Shown piece after piece: positions 26,955 to 37,264 of a stretch of 64,000 nt of DNA. The DNA is taken from the IMG/VR virus record IMGVR_UViG_3300021960_000017; one strand, given 5' to 3'. The DNA comes from a virus. Lineage: Duplodnaviria; Caudoviricetes. The notes beneath the pieces are model-generated. The model saw only the letters and a program-made list of their open reading frames with translations. It did not search any database and had not been told where the DNA came from. Position 1 is the stretch's first letter. Every line of letters begins with the position of its first letter. The translations under genes were made by a program, and so were the position numbers.

Positions 26955-29900
26955 ATGGCCATAACACGTATTAAAACCAACCAGATTACAGATCTTGCAG
27001 TTACTAATGCTAAGATTGCTAATTCTACCATTGCCGGCGGTAAATTAGCCGACGATCTTACATATGGCAGTAACCTTACTGTTTCTGGTAACCTAACAGT
27101 TAGTGGTACAACCACAGCAGTTAGTACAACAAACACACGAGTTGATGACGCTATCATTACTTTGGCTCAGGGCACATCCGGTGCTCCAACTGAAGATGCT
27201 GGTATCTTAATTGACCGTGGTAGTTCTTCCAACGTTGCTTTACTATGGGATGAATCAGCAGATCAATTTGTTCTTGCTGATGTCGGATCAGAAGACGGTG
27301 ACACAGCTGGAAACGTAACTATTAGCTCCTACAGCCCACTTCAAATTGGCGAACTTACAGCAACAGGCGCAACGGCTGGTAATGTCCAAGTTGGCGTTAC
27401 AGGAGACAACGAAATTGACACATCAAGCGGCAACTTAACCATCGACAGTGCTGGTGGTACTATTACACTTGATGACAATGTTACTATTAGTGGAACATTA
27501 AGTGTTTCAGGTGGTAATTTAACAACAAACGTTACTGACACACAAGTAATGTTTTCAAGCAGCGGCGTTATTTCTGGCGCAGCAACCCTTACCTGGGACG
27601 GCACAGACCTAACAGCAGGCAGTGCAAAAATTAGTGACCTTACAGATAACAGAATTGTTATTGCTGGTGCAAGTGGTGCTATTGAAGACGACGCAAACCT
27701 TACAATGGACGGAACAACCTTTAAAGTTGGTGGTGGCTATGGCTCAACAGGCTTTAGCATTACAATGGAAGGTAACACAAGCACAAACGGTACACTTACC
27801 GTAGACGGCACATCAACACTTGGTGTTATTAATGCAAGTGGACTTGCTTCACTTGATGGTGGTATTGATGTTGATGGTGCTTTCACAGTAGCAGACACAT
27901 CAGGTAATGTTGCTACAACTGGTACACTAGATGTAGGCGGTCTTGCCTCACTTGATGGTGGTATTGATGTTGATGGTGCATTTACTGTTGCAGACACATC
28001 AGGTAATGTTGTTACCACTGGTACATTAAGTGCAGGTGCAACTACATTATCAAGCGCAGCGATTAGTGACTTAACAGATAATCGCATTGTGTTTGCAGGT
28101 GCTAGCGGTGAACTAGAAGACAGTGCAAACCTAACTTTTGATGGTACTACATTTGAAGTTGGTGGTGGTTACGGTGCTACTGGTGTTGATATCGCTATGG
28201 ATGGTAACATCAGCACAAACGGTACACTAACTGTTGACGGTACTTCAACACTAGGTGTTGTTAACGCAAGTGGTCTTGCATCACTTGATGGTGGTATTGA
28301 TGTAGACGGTGCATTTACCGTAGCAGATACAACAGGTAATGTTGTTACAAGTGGTACATTAAGTGCTGGTAATACATCAGTTGCTACACTAGATGCTTCA
28401 GGTCTTGCTTCACTAGATGGTGGTATTGACGTAGATGGCGCATTTACAGTAGCAGATACAACAGGTAATGTTAATACAACTGGTACACTCACCGTTGGCG
28501 GTGCAACTACACTTAATGGTGCAGTTACATTAGGCGACGCAAGTGGCGACGCTATTACTGTTACAGGTACAGCAACATTTGGTCAAAGTGCAGACTTTGA
28601 CGGCGGCTTTACAGTTGCAGCAAGTCAAACAATTGACGTTGGTACAAACAAAATCACTAACATGGCTGATCCAGTTTCAAACCAAGATGCAGCAACCAAA
28701 GCATATGTTGACTCACAGACATCAGGAACAAATACAACTGTTACTGACGGAAGTGCAAGTGATACATTTATCCTTGGTGACACAATTACATTTTCTGCTA
28801 CAGCAAATGAAACAACAACCGCGGTTACAGTAGGCGGTAGTGGTCCAATTGTTACTATTGGTTTACCAGACGATGTTACAATCGGTGGTGTACTTACAGT
28901 TACAGGCAACTTGGTTGTTAACGGTACAACTACTACACTATCAACAACTAACTCAGTAGTTGAAGACAACTTGATCGAGTTAGGTAACGGCACAACTGGC
29001 GTTCCTGCTAATGACTCAGGTCTTATCATCGAACGTGGTGATTCCGCCAATGCATTGTTTATCTGGGACGAATCAGCAGATGTCTTCGCATTTGGTACTA
29101 CATCAGCAGCCGCAAGTGCAACTGGTAATATCACATTTACAGATGCTGGTATTAGTGCAAGTACAGGTGCTTTCAGTAGTACACTAAGCGTAACTGGCAC
29201 AACTACAGCAGGTGTTGTAAACCTAAGCGGTCTACTAAGTGCAGATGCTGGTATTGATGTTGATGGAGCATTTACAGTTGCTGACACATCAGGTAATGTT
29301 GCTACAACTGGTACACTAGATGTAGGCGGTCTTGCCTCACTTGATGGCGGTATTGATGTAGATGGTGCGTTTACCGTAGCAAATACATCAGGTAACATTG
29401 CTACAACTGGTACATTAAATGTTACTAGTACCTCAACTCTTGGTGTTATCAACGCAAGTGGACTTGCTTCACTTGACGGTGGTATTGATGTTGATGGTGC
29501 GTTCACCGTAGCAGATACATCAGGTAACGTTGTTACAACTGGTACATTAAGCGCAGGTGCAACTACATTATCAAGCGCAGCCGTAAGTGACCTAACAAAC
29601 AATCGTATTGTTATTGCTGGCACAAGCGGTGAACTAGAAGACGATGCAAACCTAACATTTGACGGCACAACTTTTGAAGTTGGCGGTGGTTACGGCGCAA
29701 CTGGTGTTGACATTGATATGTCAGGTAACATTAGTGCTAATGGCGGTATTACTGTTGATGGTACTTCAACACTTGGTATTATCAACGCAAGTGGACTTGC
29801 TTCACTTGACGGTGGTATTGATGTAGACGGCGCATTTACTGTTGCTGACTCAACAGGTAATGTTAGCACAAGTGGTACATTAGATGTTACTGGTACTTCA

Positions 29901-32900
29901 ACACTTGGTGTCATTAATGCAAGTGGACTAGCAAGCCTAGACGCTGGTATTGATGTAGATGGTGCATTTACAGTAGCAGATACAACAGGTAATGTTGTTA
30001 CAACAGGTACATTAACTGCTGGTAATACATCAGTTGGTACACTTGATGCTTCCGGTCTAGCAAGCCTAGACGGCGGTATTGATGTTGACGGTGCGTTTAC
30101 TGTTGCAAATACATCAGGTAATGTGAGCACAAGTGGCACATTGGCTGCTGGTAATACAACAATTACAGGTACATTGGACGTTACTGGACTTGCAAGTCTT
30201 GATGGTGGTATTGATGTTGATGGTGCGTTTACAGTTGCTGATACATCAGGTAACGTTGCAACAACTGGTACACTAAGTGCTGGTGCAACTACACTTTCAA
30301 GTGCTGCTGTTAGTGACCTAACAAGTGGTCGTGTAGTACTTGCAGGTACTAGTGGTGAACTAGAAGATAGTGGTAACTTAACATTTAATGGTAGTACACT
30401 TGCTGTTACAGGTGCTATTACAGCATCAAGCAATGTTGACATTGCAGACGCCGGCTCACTAAGAGTTGGTACAGGCAATGACTTTACTATCAACCATAAT
30501 GGTACAGACACAACTATTGCAAACGGTACTGGTATCCTTGCTATTAACGGTACAGCAACTAGCTCAATTCGTGTTAACGAAGCAGGCGCAAATGTTGACT
30601 TTGTTGTAGAAGGTGATAGTAACACTGCACTACTAACAGTTGATGCAAGTGGTGATAATGTTGGTATTGGTGGTGCACCAAATGCTAATGCAGTATTCCA
30701 TGTTAACGATACTGGTGCAATGATTACAGCAACTGGTACAACAGGACAACGTCCTGCCACAGGCGTGACAGGTATGTTCCGCTTCAACACTACACTAAAC
30801 ACAGTTGAATATTACGGTAACAGTGCATGGGCAAGTGTTAGCTCAGACTTTACAGTTGCTACATCACAAACATTTAACGGTGACAACAGCACAGTAGCAT
30901 TTACACTTAATGCACTAACTGGCGCAGACAGTTATTCAAGTGCTGGTGTACTTGTCATGCTAAACGGTGTCGTGCAGGAGCCAACAACAGTTTATGGTGT
31001 TACTGGTACTACACTTACATTTACAACTGCTCCATCAAGCGGTGACTTGATTGAAGTTCGTAAGTTTACTACAACTACAACAGTTAACGCACTAGCTGAC
31101 GCTGATGGTGACACACAAGTACAGGTTGAAGAATCAAGTGATGAAGACATCATACGTTTTGATGTTGCTGGTAGCGAGATCATGAGACTGACAGGTTCCG
31201 CCTTACTACCAAATGTTGACTCAGATGGTACTACTGGTTATGACCTTGGTGGTTCAAGCAACAAGTGGCGTAGTTTGTATGTATCTAGTGGCACAATCCA
31301 CTTAGGTTCACTACAACTTAAGGATAGTGGTAGCAATACTCTAGAAATCTTCCAGAGTGATGGTTCAACACCAGCAGGCACAGTAGTTAGTGACTTTGTA
31401 ACTGGTAACCAAGGCGACGTTCGCTTTATGGATGCAGACGGTAGCAACTTTGTTGCATTCCAAGCTCCTGCAACTGTAGCAAGCAATGTAACCTGGACAC
31501 TTCCTAATGCAGATACCGGAGTTGCTGGTTATTCACTACAAAGTGATGGCGCAGGCAACCTAAGTTGGGGTCCAGCAGGTGCTACAACTACAAGTGATAC
31601 TACAACAAATGCTGAAGAACAACTTTACTTTGGTGATATCACAAGTGGTGCTGTTACCGCAGTTCACCATGACGCTGGATTAACATACAATCCAAGCACT
31701 GGTACGCTTACAAGTGATACCTTTAATGGTAATGTAACAGGTAATGTAACAGGTAATGTAACATCAACTGGTACATCAACATTTACTACAATTGACGTAA
31801 ATGGTGGTGCTATTGATGGTGCCATTATTGGTGCTAACTCAGCAGCAGCAGGTACATTTACAACTGTTACTACTAGTGGTAATGGTTCAATTGGTGGTAA
31901 CTTGACTGTTACAGGTAACTTAACAATTAATGGTACTACAGTTACTAATAATGCTGATAACCTAGTAGTTAATGACGCCCTAATTGAACTCAATAACGGC
32001 GCAACATCAAATGCAAGTGACCTTGGTATTGTTATGGAGCGTGGTTCAACTGGTGACAATGCGTTCATGGGTTGGGACGAAAGTACTGACAAGTTTATTG
32101 TTGGTACAACCACAGCAACAGGTGCTTCAAGCGGTGACTTAACAATCAGTGCTGGTACACTTGTAGCAGCGACTTTTGAAGGTGCTCTAAGTGGTAACGC
32201 CACAACAGCAAGTGCTTGGGCAACTGGTAGAACAATAACCCTAACAGGTGATGTTACTGGTACAAGTGGTGCATTTGATGGTTCAGGTAACTTGTCATTT
32301 GCTACAACCATTGCTGCTAACTCAGTTGCTCTTGGTACTGATACTACAGGCAACTATGTTGCTACAGGTGCAGTAAGTGGTAACGGTTTAAGTGGTAGTG
32401 CAAGTAGTGAAGGTGCAACATTTACTGTTACATCAAACGCTACTAACGCAAACACTGCTTCAACCATCGTGTTCCGCGATGGTAGTGGTAACTTTAGTGC
32501 TGGTGTTATTAGTGCTACATCAACTGCTGCTAGATACGCTGACTTGGCAGAAAAATATGCTGCTGACGAAGATATCGAAGCAGGTACAGTTGTAATGTTC
32601 GTAGGTGAAGGTAAAGTTGCAGCATGTGATGCAGACGCAAGTCGTGCAGTAGCAGGCATTGTTTCAACTGATCCAGCTTACCTAATGAACACTGCACAAG
32701 ACGGTGTTGCACTTGCTCTTGCAGGACGTGTACCTTGTAAGGTAACAGGCCCTGTAGCAGCAGGCGACCTAATGGTTAGCGCAGGCAACGGTATGGCTCG
32801 TGCAGAGGCAAACCCAGCAATAGGCACAGTAATAGGCAAAGCTATTGAGGCAAATGAAGGTGGCGAAGGTGTCATCGAAGTATTGGCATTAATGATGTAA
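26955..32900 (+). CDS. Giant repetitive tail fibre with C-terminal peptidase-G2/intramolecular chaperone-like domain
   Basis: ATG 26955 after GGAGGG; 11 GIDVDGAFTVA repeats; C-terminus ARYADLAEKY...GIVSTDPAYLMN...GRVPCKV.G.V..GDLMV. Confidence 0.8.
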   Translation: MAITRIKTNQITDLAVTNAKIANSTIAGGKLADDLTYGSNLTVSGNLTVSGTTTAVSTTNTRVDDAIITLAQGTSGAPTEDAGILIDRGSSSNVALLWDESADQFVLADVGSEDGDTAGNVTISSYSPLQIGELTATGATAGNVQVGVTGDNEIDTSSGNLTIDSAGGTITLDDNVTISGTLSVSGGNLTTNVTDTQVMFSSSGVISGAATLTWDGTDLTAGSAKISDLTDNRIVIAGASGAIEDDANLTMDGTTFKVGGGYGSTGFSITMEGNTSTNGTLTVDGTSTLGVINASGLASLDGGIDVDGAFTVADTSGNVATTGTLDVGGLASLDGGIDVDGAFTVADTSGNVVTTGTLSAGATTLSSAAISDLTDNRIVFAGASGELEDSANLTFDGTTFEVGGGYGATGVDIAMDGNISTNGTLTVDGTSTLGVVNASGLASLDGGIDVDGAFTVADTTGNVVTSGTLSAGNTSVATLDASGLASLDGGIDVDGAFTVADTTGNVNTTGTLTVGGATTLNGAVTLGDASGDAITVTGTATFGQSADFDGGFTVAASQTIDVGTNKITNMADPVSNQDAATKAYVDSQTSGTNTTVTDGSASDTFILGDTITFSATANETTTAVTVGGSGPIVTIGLPDDVTIGGVLTVTGNLVVNGTTTTLSTTNSVVEDNLIELGNGTTGVPANDSGLIIERGDSANALFIWDESADVFAFGTTSAAASATGNITFTDAGISASTGAFSSTLSVTGTTTAGVVNLSGLLSADAGIDVDGAFTVADTSGNVATTGTLDVGGLASLDGGIDVDGAFTVANTSGNIATTGTLNVTSTSTLGVINASGLASLDGGIDVDGAFTVADTSGNVVTTGTLSAGATTLSSAAVSDLTNNRIVIAGTSGELEDDANLTFDGTTFEVGGGYGATGVDIDMSGNISANGGITVDGTSTLGIINASGLASLDGGIDVDGAFTVADSTGNVSTSGTLDVTGTSTLGVINASGLASLDAGIDVDGAFTVADTTGNVVTTGTLTAGNTSVGTLDASGLASLDGGIDVDGAFTVANTSGNVSTSGTLAAGNTTITGTLDVTGLASLDGGIDVDGAFTVADTSGNVATTGTLSAGATTLSSAAVSDLTSGRVVLAGTSGELEDSGNLTFNGSTLAVTGAITASSNVDIADAGSLRVGTGNDFTINHNGTDTTIANGTGILAINGTATSSIRVNEAGANVDFVVEGDSNTALLTVDASGDNVGIGGAPNANAVFHVNDTGAMITATGTTGQRPATGVTGMFRFNTTLNTVEYYGNSAWASVSSDFTVATSQTFNGDNSTVAFTLNALTGADSYSSAGVLVMLNGVVQEPTTVYGVTGTTLTFTTAPSSGDLIEVRKFTTTTTVNALADADGDTQVQVEESSDEDIIRFDVAGSEIMRLTGSALLPNVDSDGTTGYDLGGSSNKWRSLYVSSGTIHLGSLQLKDSGSNTLEIFQSDGSTPAGTVVSDFVTGNQGDVRFMDADGSNFVAFQAPATVASNVTWTLPNADTGVAGYSLQSDGAGNLSWGPAGATTTSDTTTNAEEQLYFGDITSGAVTAVHHDAGLTYNPSTGTLTSDTFNGNVTGNVTGNVTSTGTSTFTTIDVNGGAIDGAIIGANSAAAGTFTTVTTSGNGSIGGNLTVTGNLTINGTTVTNNADNLVVNDALIELNNGATSNASDLGIVMERGSTGDNAFMGWDESTDKFIVGTTTATGASSGDLTISAGTLVAATFEGALSGNATTASAWATGRTITLTGDVTGTSGAFDGSGNLSFATTIAANSVALGTDTTGNYVATGAVSGNGLSGSASSEGATFTVTSNATNANTASTIVFRDGSGNFSAGVISATSTAARYADLAEKYAADEDIEAGTVVMFVGEGKVAACDADASRAVAGIVSTDPAYLMNTAQDGVALALAGRVPCKVTGPVAAGDLMVSAGNGMARAEANPAIGTVIGKAIEANEGGEGVIEVLALMM
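27840..30260 (+). repeat. Intragenic repeats: 11 x (LASLDG)GIDVDGAFTVA(D/N)xxGN
   Basis: Counted in the translation and DNA (ggtattga-t/c-gt at about 27861, 27960, 28293, 28422, 29250, 29350, 29481, 29814, 29946, 30076, 30208). Confidence 0.9.
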
Positions 32901-32922
32901 TAACAATTACAGGCTTACAGAG

Positions 32923-32954
32923 AATAGGGAGGATTAGTCCTCCCTATTTTTTTT
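32923..32954 (+). terminator. Intrinsic terminator
   Basis: AATAGGGAGGA-TTAG-TCCTCCCTATT plus T-run. Confidence 0.85.
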
Positions 32955-32987
32955 GGATAAATACAATATAAATTAGGATGTATCAGT

Positions 32988-34163
32988 ATGGCTTTCACTA
33001 GACCTAGAGCAGCACAAATTGACTTCGACGTTACCAATATATCAGACCCGCTACTTAGACTTAACAGTGGGCAAAGTGGTAGTGCAGACAAAGATGTAGG
33101 TATTGTTATTGAACGTGGCAGTGATACCAATGTTGCTTTAATTTATGATGAAAGTGCTGATGAGTTTGTACTAGTTAATACTACAGAAGATGGAACTACC
33201 AGCGGTAATGTAACTATTAGCAGTTATGCTGATTTACAAGTTGGAACAATTAACACAGCCACATTAGAAATAGGCGGCACTGCCGTAACATCAACAGCAA
33301 CTGAACTTAACTTGCTAGATGGAGTAACTGGAACACTAGTAACTGAAGCAGGCACACAAACACTAACAAACAAAACACTAACTAGCCCAACTATTAGTGA
33401 TCCAACATTAACTGGTACCTTTGCATTTACCTCAGACGCAACTTCAACACCTGCAATGACATTAACAGCCAACAGTATCAGTGACGGTGTAGGTACTTTG
33501 AGAATAAACGGCGCACAAGCAGATATATTCCTAAACCCTGCTACTGCTACACATACCACTGTAACTTTTGCAGTTAACGATGACCAGCGTCTTGCGTTTG
33601 GTATGGACAACAACAGTGATTTCTATATCACAAGAAGAACAAGTAGCACATGGTATGATGATACTTTTGTATTGGATAGAGATACCGGTTTACTTAGTTT
33701 AGGATATGGCGCAACTGTCGCAGGCGGTGATTTTACTATTAACGATGCAGATTATCAAATCATACACGGTGACACAGCTTACAACCAAAAACAATATGTG
33801 TTATATGGAACAACAACCAACGCTACAGAAACAGAAATATTTGTAGGCGGAACAGCAAGCAGTCGTATACCAGTTGCAAGTAATACAACAGTTTTCTATG
33901 AAGTAGATATTGTTGCAAGACGCACTGACGCTACTGGCGAAAGTGGTGGCTGGCATTTAAAAGCAGTAGCAGATAACTTTAGTGGTACAGTTGCAGACGT
34001 TGGGACTGTATATGAGGTCCAGGTAGCTACAGATGATGCAAACTATGCTGTGGATGCTAGAGCAGATAATACTAACGATTCTATTGGCATATATGTAACA
34101 GGCGTAGCAGCAAAAACAATTAGATGGACTGCAATAGTTAGAACTTTTGAGGTAGCACAATAA
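32988..34163 (+). CDS. Tail fibre-associated protein
   Basis: DVGIVIERG...YDESADEF module, QTLTNKTLTSP; late promoter at 32958. Confidence 0.7.
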   Translation: MAFTRPRAAQIDFDVTNISDPLLRLNSGQSGSADKDVGIVIERGSDTNVALIYDESADEFVLVNTTEDGTTSGNVTISSYADLQVGTINTATLEIGGTAVTSTATELNLLDGVTGTLVTEAGTQTLTNKTLTSPTISDPTLTGTFAFTSDATSTPAMTLTANSISDGVGTLRINGAQADIFLNPATATHTTVTFAVNDDQRLAFGMDNNSDFYITRRTSSTWYDDTFVLDRDTGLLSLGYGATVAGGDFTINDADYQIIHGDTAYNQKQYVLYGTTTNATETEIFVGGTASSRIPVASNTTVFYEVDIVARRTDATGESGGWHLKAVADNFSGTVADVGTVYEVQVATDDANYAVDARADNTNDSIGIYVTGVAAKTIRWTAIVRTFEVAQ

Positions 34164-35686
34164 TGGCAAGACGTAATAGAAGTTTTTTCTTTGATAATAA
34201 AACTGGTAAACTACAATCTGATGGTAAGACACTAATTGACACAACCAGTTCAGATAACATTGCACAGGTAAAAGGCTCAACAGCAGGTAATCCAGTTCAG
34301 TTATTAGCAGCAGGTGACGACACTAACATTGATATTAGAATCACACCAAAAGGAGCTGGTAATGTAGAAATTTTAGCTCCATTGGAAATATTGACCGGTA
34401 AGCGTATTATTGATAGTGCTGGCACTAATGTTGAATTTGGCGATGATATCCATATGAACAGTAACAAGATTACAAATCTTGGTACACCAAGTGCTTCTAC
34501 TGATGCTGCTACAAAAGGTTATGTTGACACTAACTACTTGCCACTTACAGGCGGTACAATTAGCAGCAATCTTACTGTCAGTGGAAACTTTACAGTCAGC
34601 GGCACAACTACAACAATTAACACAACTACACTTAGTGTTGCAGACAATCTTATTGATTTAAACAGTGATGTAACCAGCGGCACGCCTACTGAAAATGCTG
34701 GTATTAGAGTGTTGCGTGGTGATAGCAATGCTGTACAATTGCGTTGGAATGAAACATCTGATGTCTGGGAAATGACCACAGATGGTAGCACCTATCAAAC
34801 TATTGGCAGTTTAGCCAGCAGTGATACAGATGATCTTAGCGAAGGATCAACTAACCTGTACTATACAGATGCTAGAGTTAGAAGTGCTATCAGTGTAACA
34901 GATGCAGGCGGCGATGGTAGTCTTACTTACAATAGTTCAACTGGAGTTATAACCTATACAGGACCTGACGCACTGGCATTAGCAGGCGGTACTATGAGTG
35001 GTGCCATTGCAATGGGTACTAATAAAATTACTGACATGGGTGATCCTACTGCGGCGCAAGATGCTGCTACTAAGGCATATGTTGACAGTCAAGTAAGTAG
35101 TGTGCCAACAGGCGACATCACAAGCGTTACAGCAAGCACAGGGTTATCTGGCGGAGGAGACACAGGTGATGTTACACTTAGTATTGACAGTACAGTTGCT
35201 ACCCTTACTGGAACACAAACATTAACAAATAAAACCCTAACAAGTCCAGAAATTACTACAGACATTAGACTCAATGCACAAGCAGAATTAGAGTTTTATG
35301 ATAGTGATAGCAGTCATTATGTGTCGTTGAGAGCACCTGCTACAATATCAAGTAGTGTGACTTGGACATTGCCAAATACTGATGGTACAGAAGGACAAGT
35401 ACTTAGTACTAATGGTGCTGGTGTCTTTAGTTGGGCTGATGCTGGTTCTGGTGGTGGAAGCTCTGGCGCAAGTTATCCAAATTCAACATTTAGTACAGTG
35501 CCAGGAACTGATGGCAATTTTGACATGAGTTATAATGTTGCACAAACAACCCAAGAAACACCATTTGAAGCAAGCGGTACTGATGCCTTTGGTGTAAACT
35601 TGGGTAGTGTGTTTAGTTTAATGGATCCAGTTGGTAGTTTAGAAAGTATAGACTATGGTGATAGCGAGGCATATGTGGGCGCATAA
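34163..35686 (+). CDS. Tail fibre-associated protein
   Basis: Two DAATKxYVD motifs, DDLSEGSTNLYYTDAR, APATISSSVTWTLP modules. Confidence 0.7.
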   Translation: MARRNRSFFFDNKTGKLQSDGKTLIDTTSSDNIAQVKGSTAGNPVQLLAAGDDTNIDIRITPKGAGNVEILAPLEILTGKRIIDSAGTNVEFGDDIHMNSNKITNLGTPSASTDAATKGYVDTNYLPLTGGTISSNLTVSGNFTVSGTTTTINTTTLSVADNLIDLNSDVTSGTPTENAGIRVLRGDSNAVQLRWNETSDVWEMTTDGSTYQTIGSLASSDTDDLSEGSTNLYYTDARVRSAISVTDAGGDGSLTYNSSTGVITYTGPDALALAGGTMSGAIAMGTNKITDMGDPTAAQDAATKAYVDSQVSSVPTGDITSVTASTGLSGGGDTGDVTLSIDSTVATLTGTQTLTNKTLTSPEITTDIRLNAQAELEFYDSDSSHYVSLRAPATISSSVTWTLPNTDGTEGQVLSTNGAGVFSWADAGSGGGSSGASYPNSTFSTVPGTDGNFDMSYNVAQTTQETPFEASGTDAFGVNLGSVFSLMDPVGSLESIDYGDSEAYVGA

Positions 35687-35710
35687 ATAGTAGGTTAACA
35701 GGAGTTTAAG

Positions 35711-37264
35711 ATGCCAACAACAGTACAATTTAGACGAGGAAATACTTCCCAAAACGATTCCTTTACAGGCGCGGCTGGTGAACTTAGTATTGATACAACT
35801 TTAAATACTATCAGAGTTCATGATAATAGTACTGCTGGTGGGTACGAACTCACAATGAATAGTGCTACTCAAACTCTTACAAATAAGACTCTTACAAGTC
35901 CAGTAATTAGTAGTATCAGTAATACGGGCACACTTACATTACCAACCTCAACAGACACATTAGTTGGTAGAGCAACAACTGATACATTAACAAACAAAAC
36001 ACTTACTTCTCCAGTTATTAGCAGTATCAGTAATACTGGTACACTTACATTACCAACCTCAACAGACACATTAGTTGGTAGAGCAACAACTGATACATTA
36101 ACAAACAAGACTCTTGCGAGTCCAACAATTACTGGTACTGCTACTGTAGCGTCAATGACCATTAGTGGTGATTTAACAGTTAGTGGTACTACTGTTACCA
36201 ACAACGCAACAAACCTAGTAGTTAATGACGCTCTAATTGAACTTAACCATAGTTTAACTGGTGCTAATACAAATGACTTAGGTCTTGTCCTAGAGCGTGG
36301 TTCAACAGGCGATAACGCATTTATTGGTTGGGATGAGAGTGCAGACAAATTCATAGTAGGCACTACCACAGCAACAGGTGCTAGTACTGGTGACTTAACA
36401 ATTACAAGTGGTACACTTGTAGCAGCGACTTTTGAAGGCGCTCTAAGTGGTAATGCAAGTACAGCAAGTGCTTGGGCTACAGGCAGAACAATTTCATTAA
36501 CAGGTGACGTTACAGGTACTAGTGGCTCATTTGACGGCAGTGGCAACTTATCATTTGCTACAGACATTGCTGCTAGTGGCGTAAGTGCAGGGTCCTATGG
36601 TAGTGCAACTGCTATCCCTGTAATTACTATTGCAGCAGATGGTCGTATTACTAGTGCGTCAACTAGTGGTATTACGGTAGGCAACGGCACACTCACAATG
36701 AATGTAAGTGGTACAGGCCTTAGCGGTAGTCAAACATTTACTGCTAACCAATCAGGAAACGCTACTTTCACAGTAACAAGTAATGCTACAAGTGCAAATA
36801 CAGCAAGCACTATTGTTGCTCGCGATGCTAGTGGTAACTTTACTGCTGGAGTTATTACTGCTACAGCAACCGCTGCTAGATACGCTGACTTGGCGGAACG
36901 ATATGCGGCAGATGCAGAATATGAACCTGGCACAATAGTATGCTTGGGAGGTGAAGCAGAAGTTACGCAATCCACTAAAGCATTAGACAAAAAAGTAATT
37001 GGTATTGTGTCTACTGATCCAGCATATTTAATGAATAAAGATCTAGAAAACAGTGTTGCAGTAGCTCTAACTGGCCGTGTTCCATGTAAAGTAATTGGTG
37101 CAGTAGCAAAAGGTGATATGCTAGTATCAAGTGCTACCCCAGGACATGCAATGGCCTGGCATGAAGAAGGTGATCCACCCTATGGTAGCGTAATTGGCAA
37201 ATCTATAGAAAACAAAGATTCATCTGCTGCGGGCGTAATTGAAGTTGCTGTTGGCATAAAATAA
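35711..37264 (+). CDS. Tail fibre with Mtd-N-like N-terminus and peptidase-G2/chaperone-like C-terminus
   Basis: MPTTVQFRRG...GELSIDT...IRVHD..TAGG; C-terminus YADLAERY...GRVPCKV. Confidence 0.75.
   Translation: MPTTVQFRRGNTSQNDSFTGAAGELSIDTTLNTIRVHDNSTAGGYELTMNSATQTLTNKTLTSPVISSISNTGTLTLPTSTDTLVGRATTDTLTNKTLTSPVISSISNTGTLTLPTSTDTLVGRATTDTLTNKTLASPTITGTATVASMTISGDLTVSGTTVTNNATNLVVNDALIELNHSLTGANTNDLGLVLERGSTGDNAFIGWDESADKFIVGTTTATGASTGDLTITSGTLVAATFEGALSGNASTASAWATGRTISLTGDVTGTSGSFDGSGNLSFATDIAASGVSAGSYGSATAIPVITIAADGRITSASTSGITVGNGTLTMNVSGTGLSGSQTFTANQSGNATFTVTSNATSANTASTIVARDASGNFTAGVITATATAARYADLAERYAADAEYEPGTIVCLGGEAEVTQSTKALDKKVIGIVSTDPAYLMNKDLENSVAVALTGRVPCKVIGAVAKGDMLVSSATPGHAMAWHEEGDPPYGSVIGKSIENKDSSAAGVIEVAVGIK
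35872..36120 (+). repeat. 111-bp (37-aa) tandem duplication
   Basis: 68-nt block identical at 35930-35997 and 36041-36108; TLTNKTLTSPVISSISNTGTLTLPTSTDTLVGRATTD x2. Confidence 0.9.

Noticed and set aside
25207-36990. Long antisense ORFs in fibre genes (e.g. 28625-29668, 29690-30802, 31664-32353)
   Set aside because: Shadow frames of S/T/G/V-rich genes whose codon bias removes antisense stops; they mirror the sense repeats and have no SD or promoters
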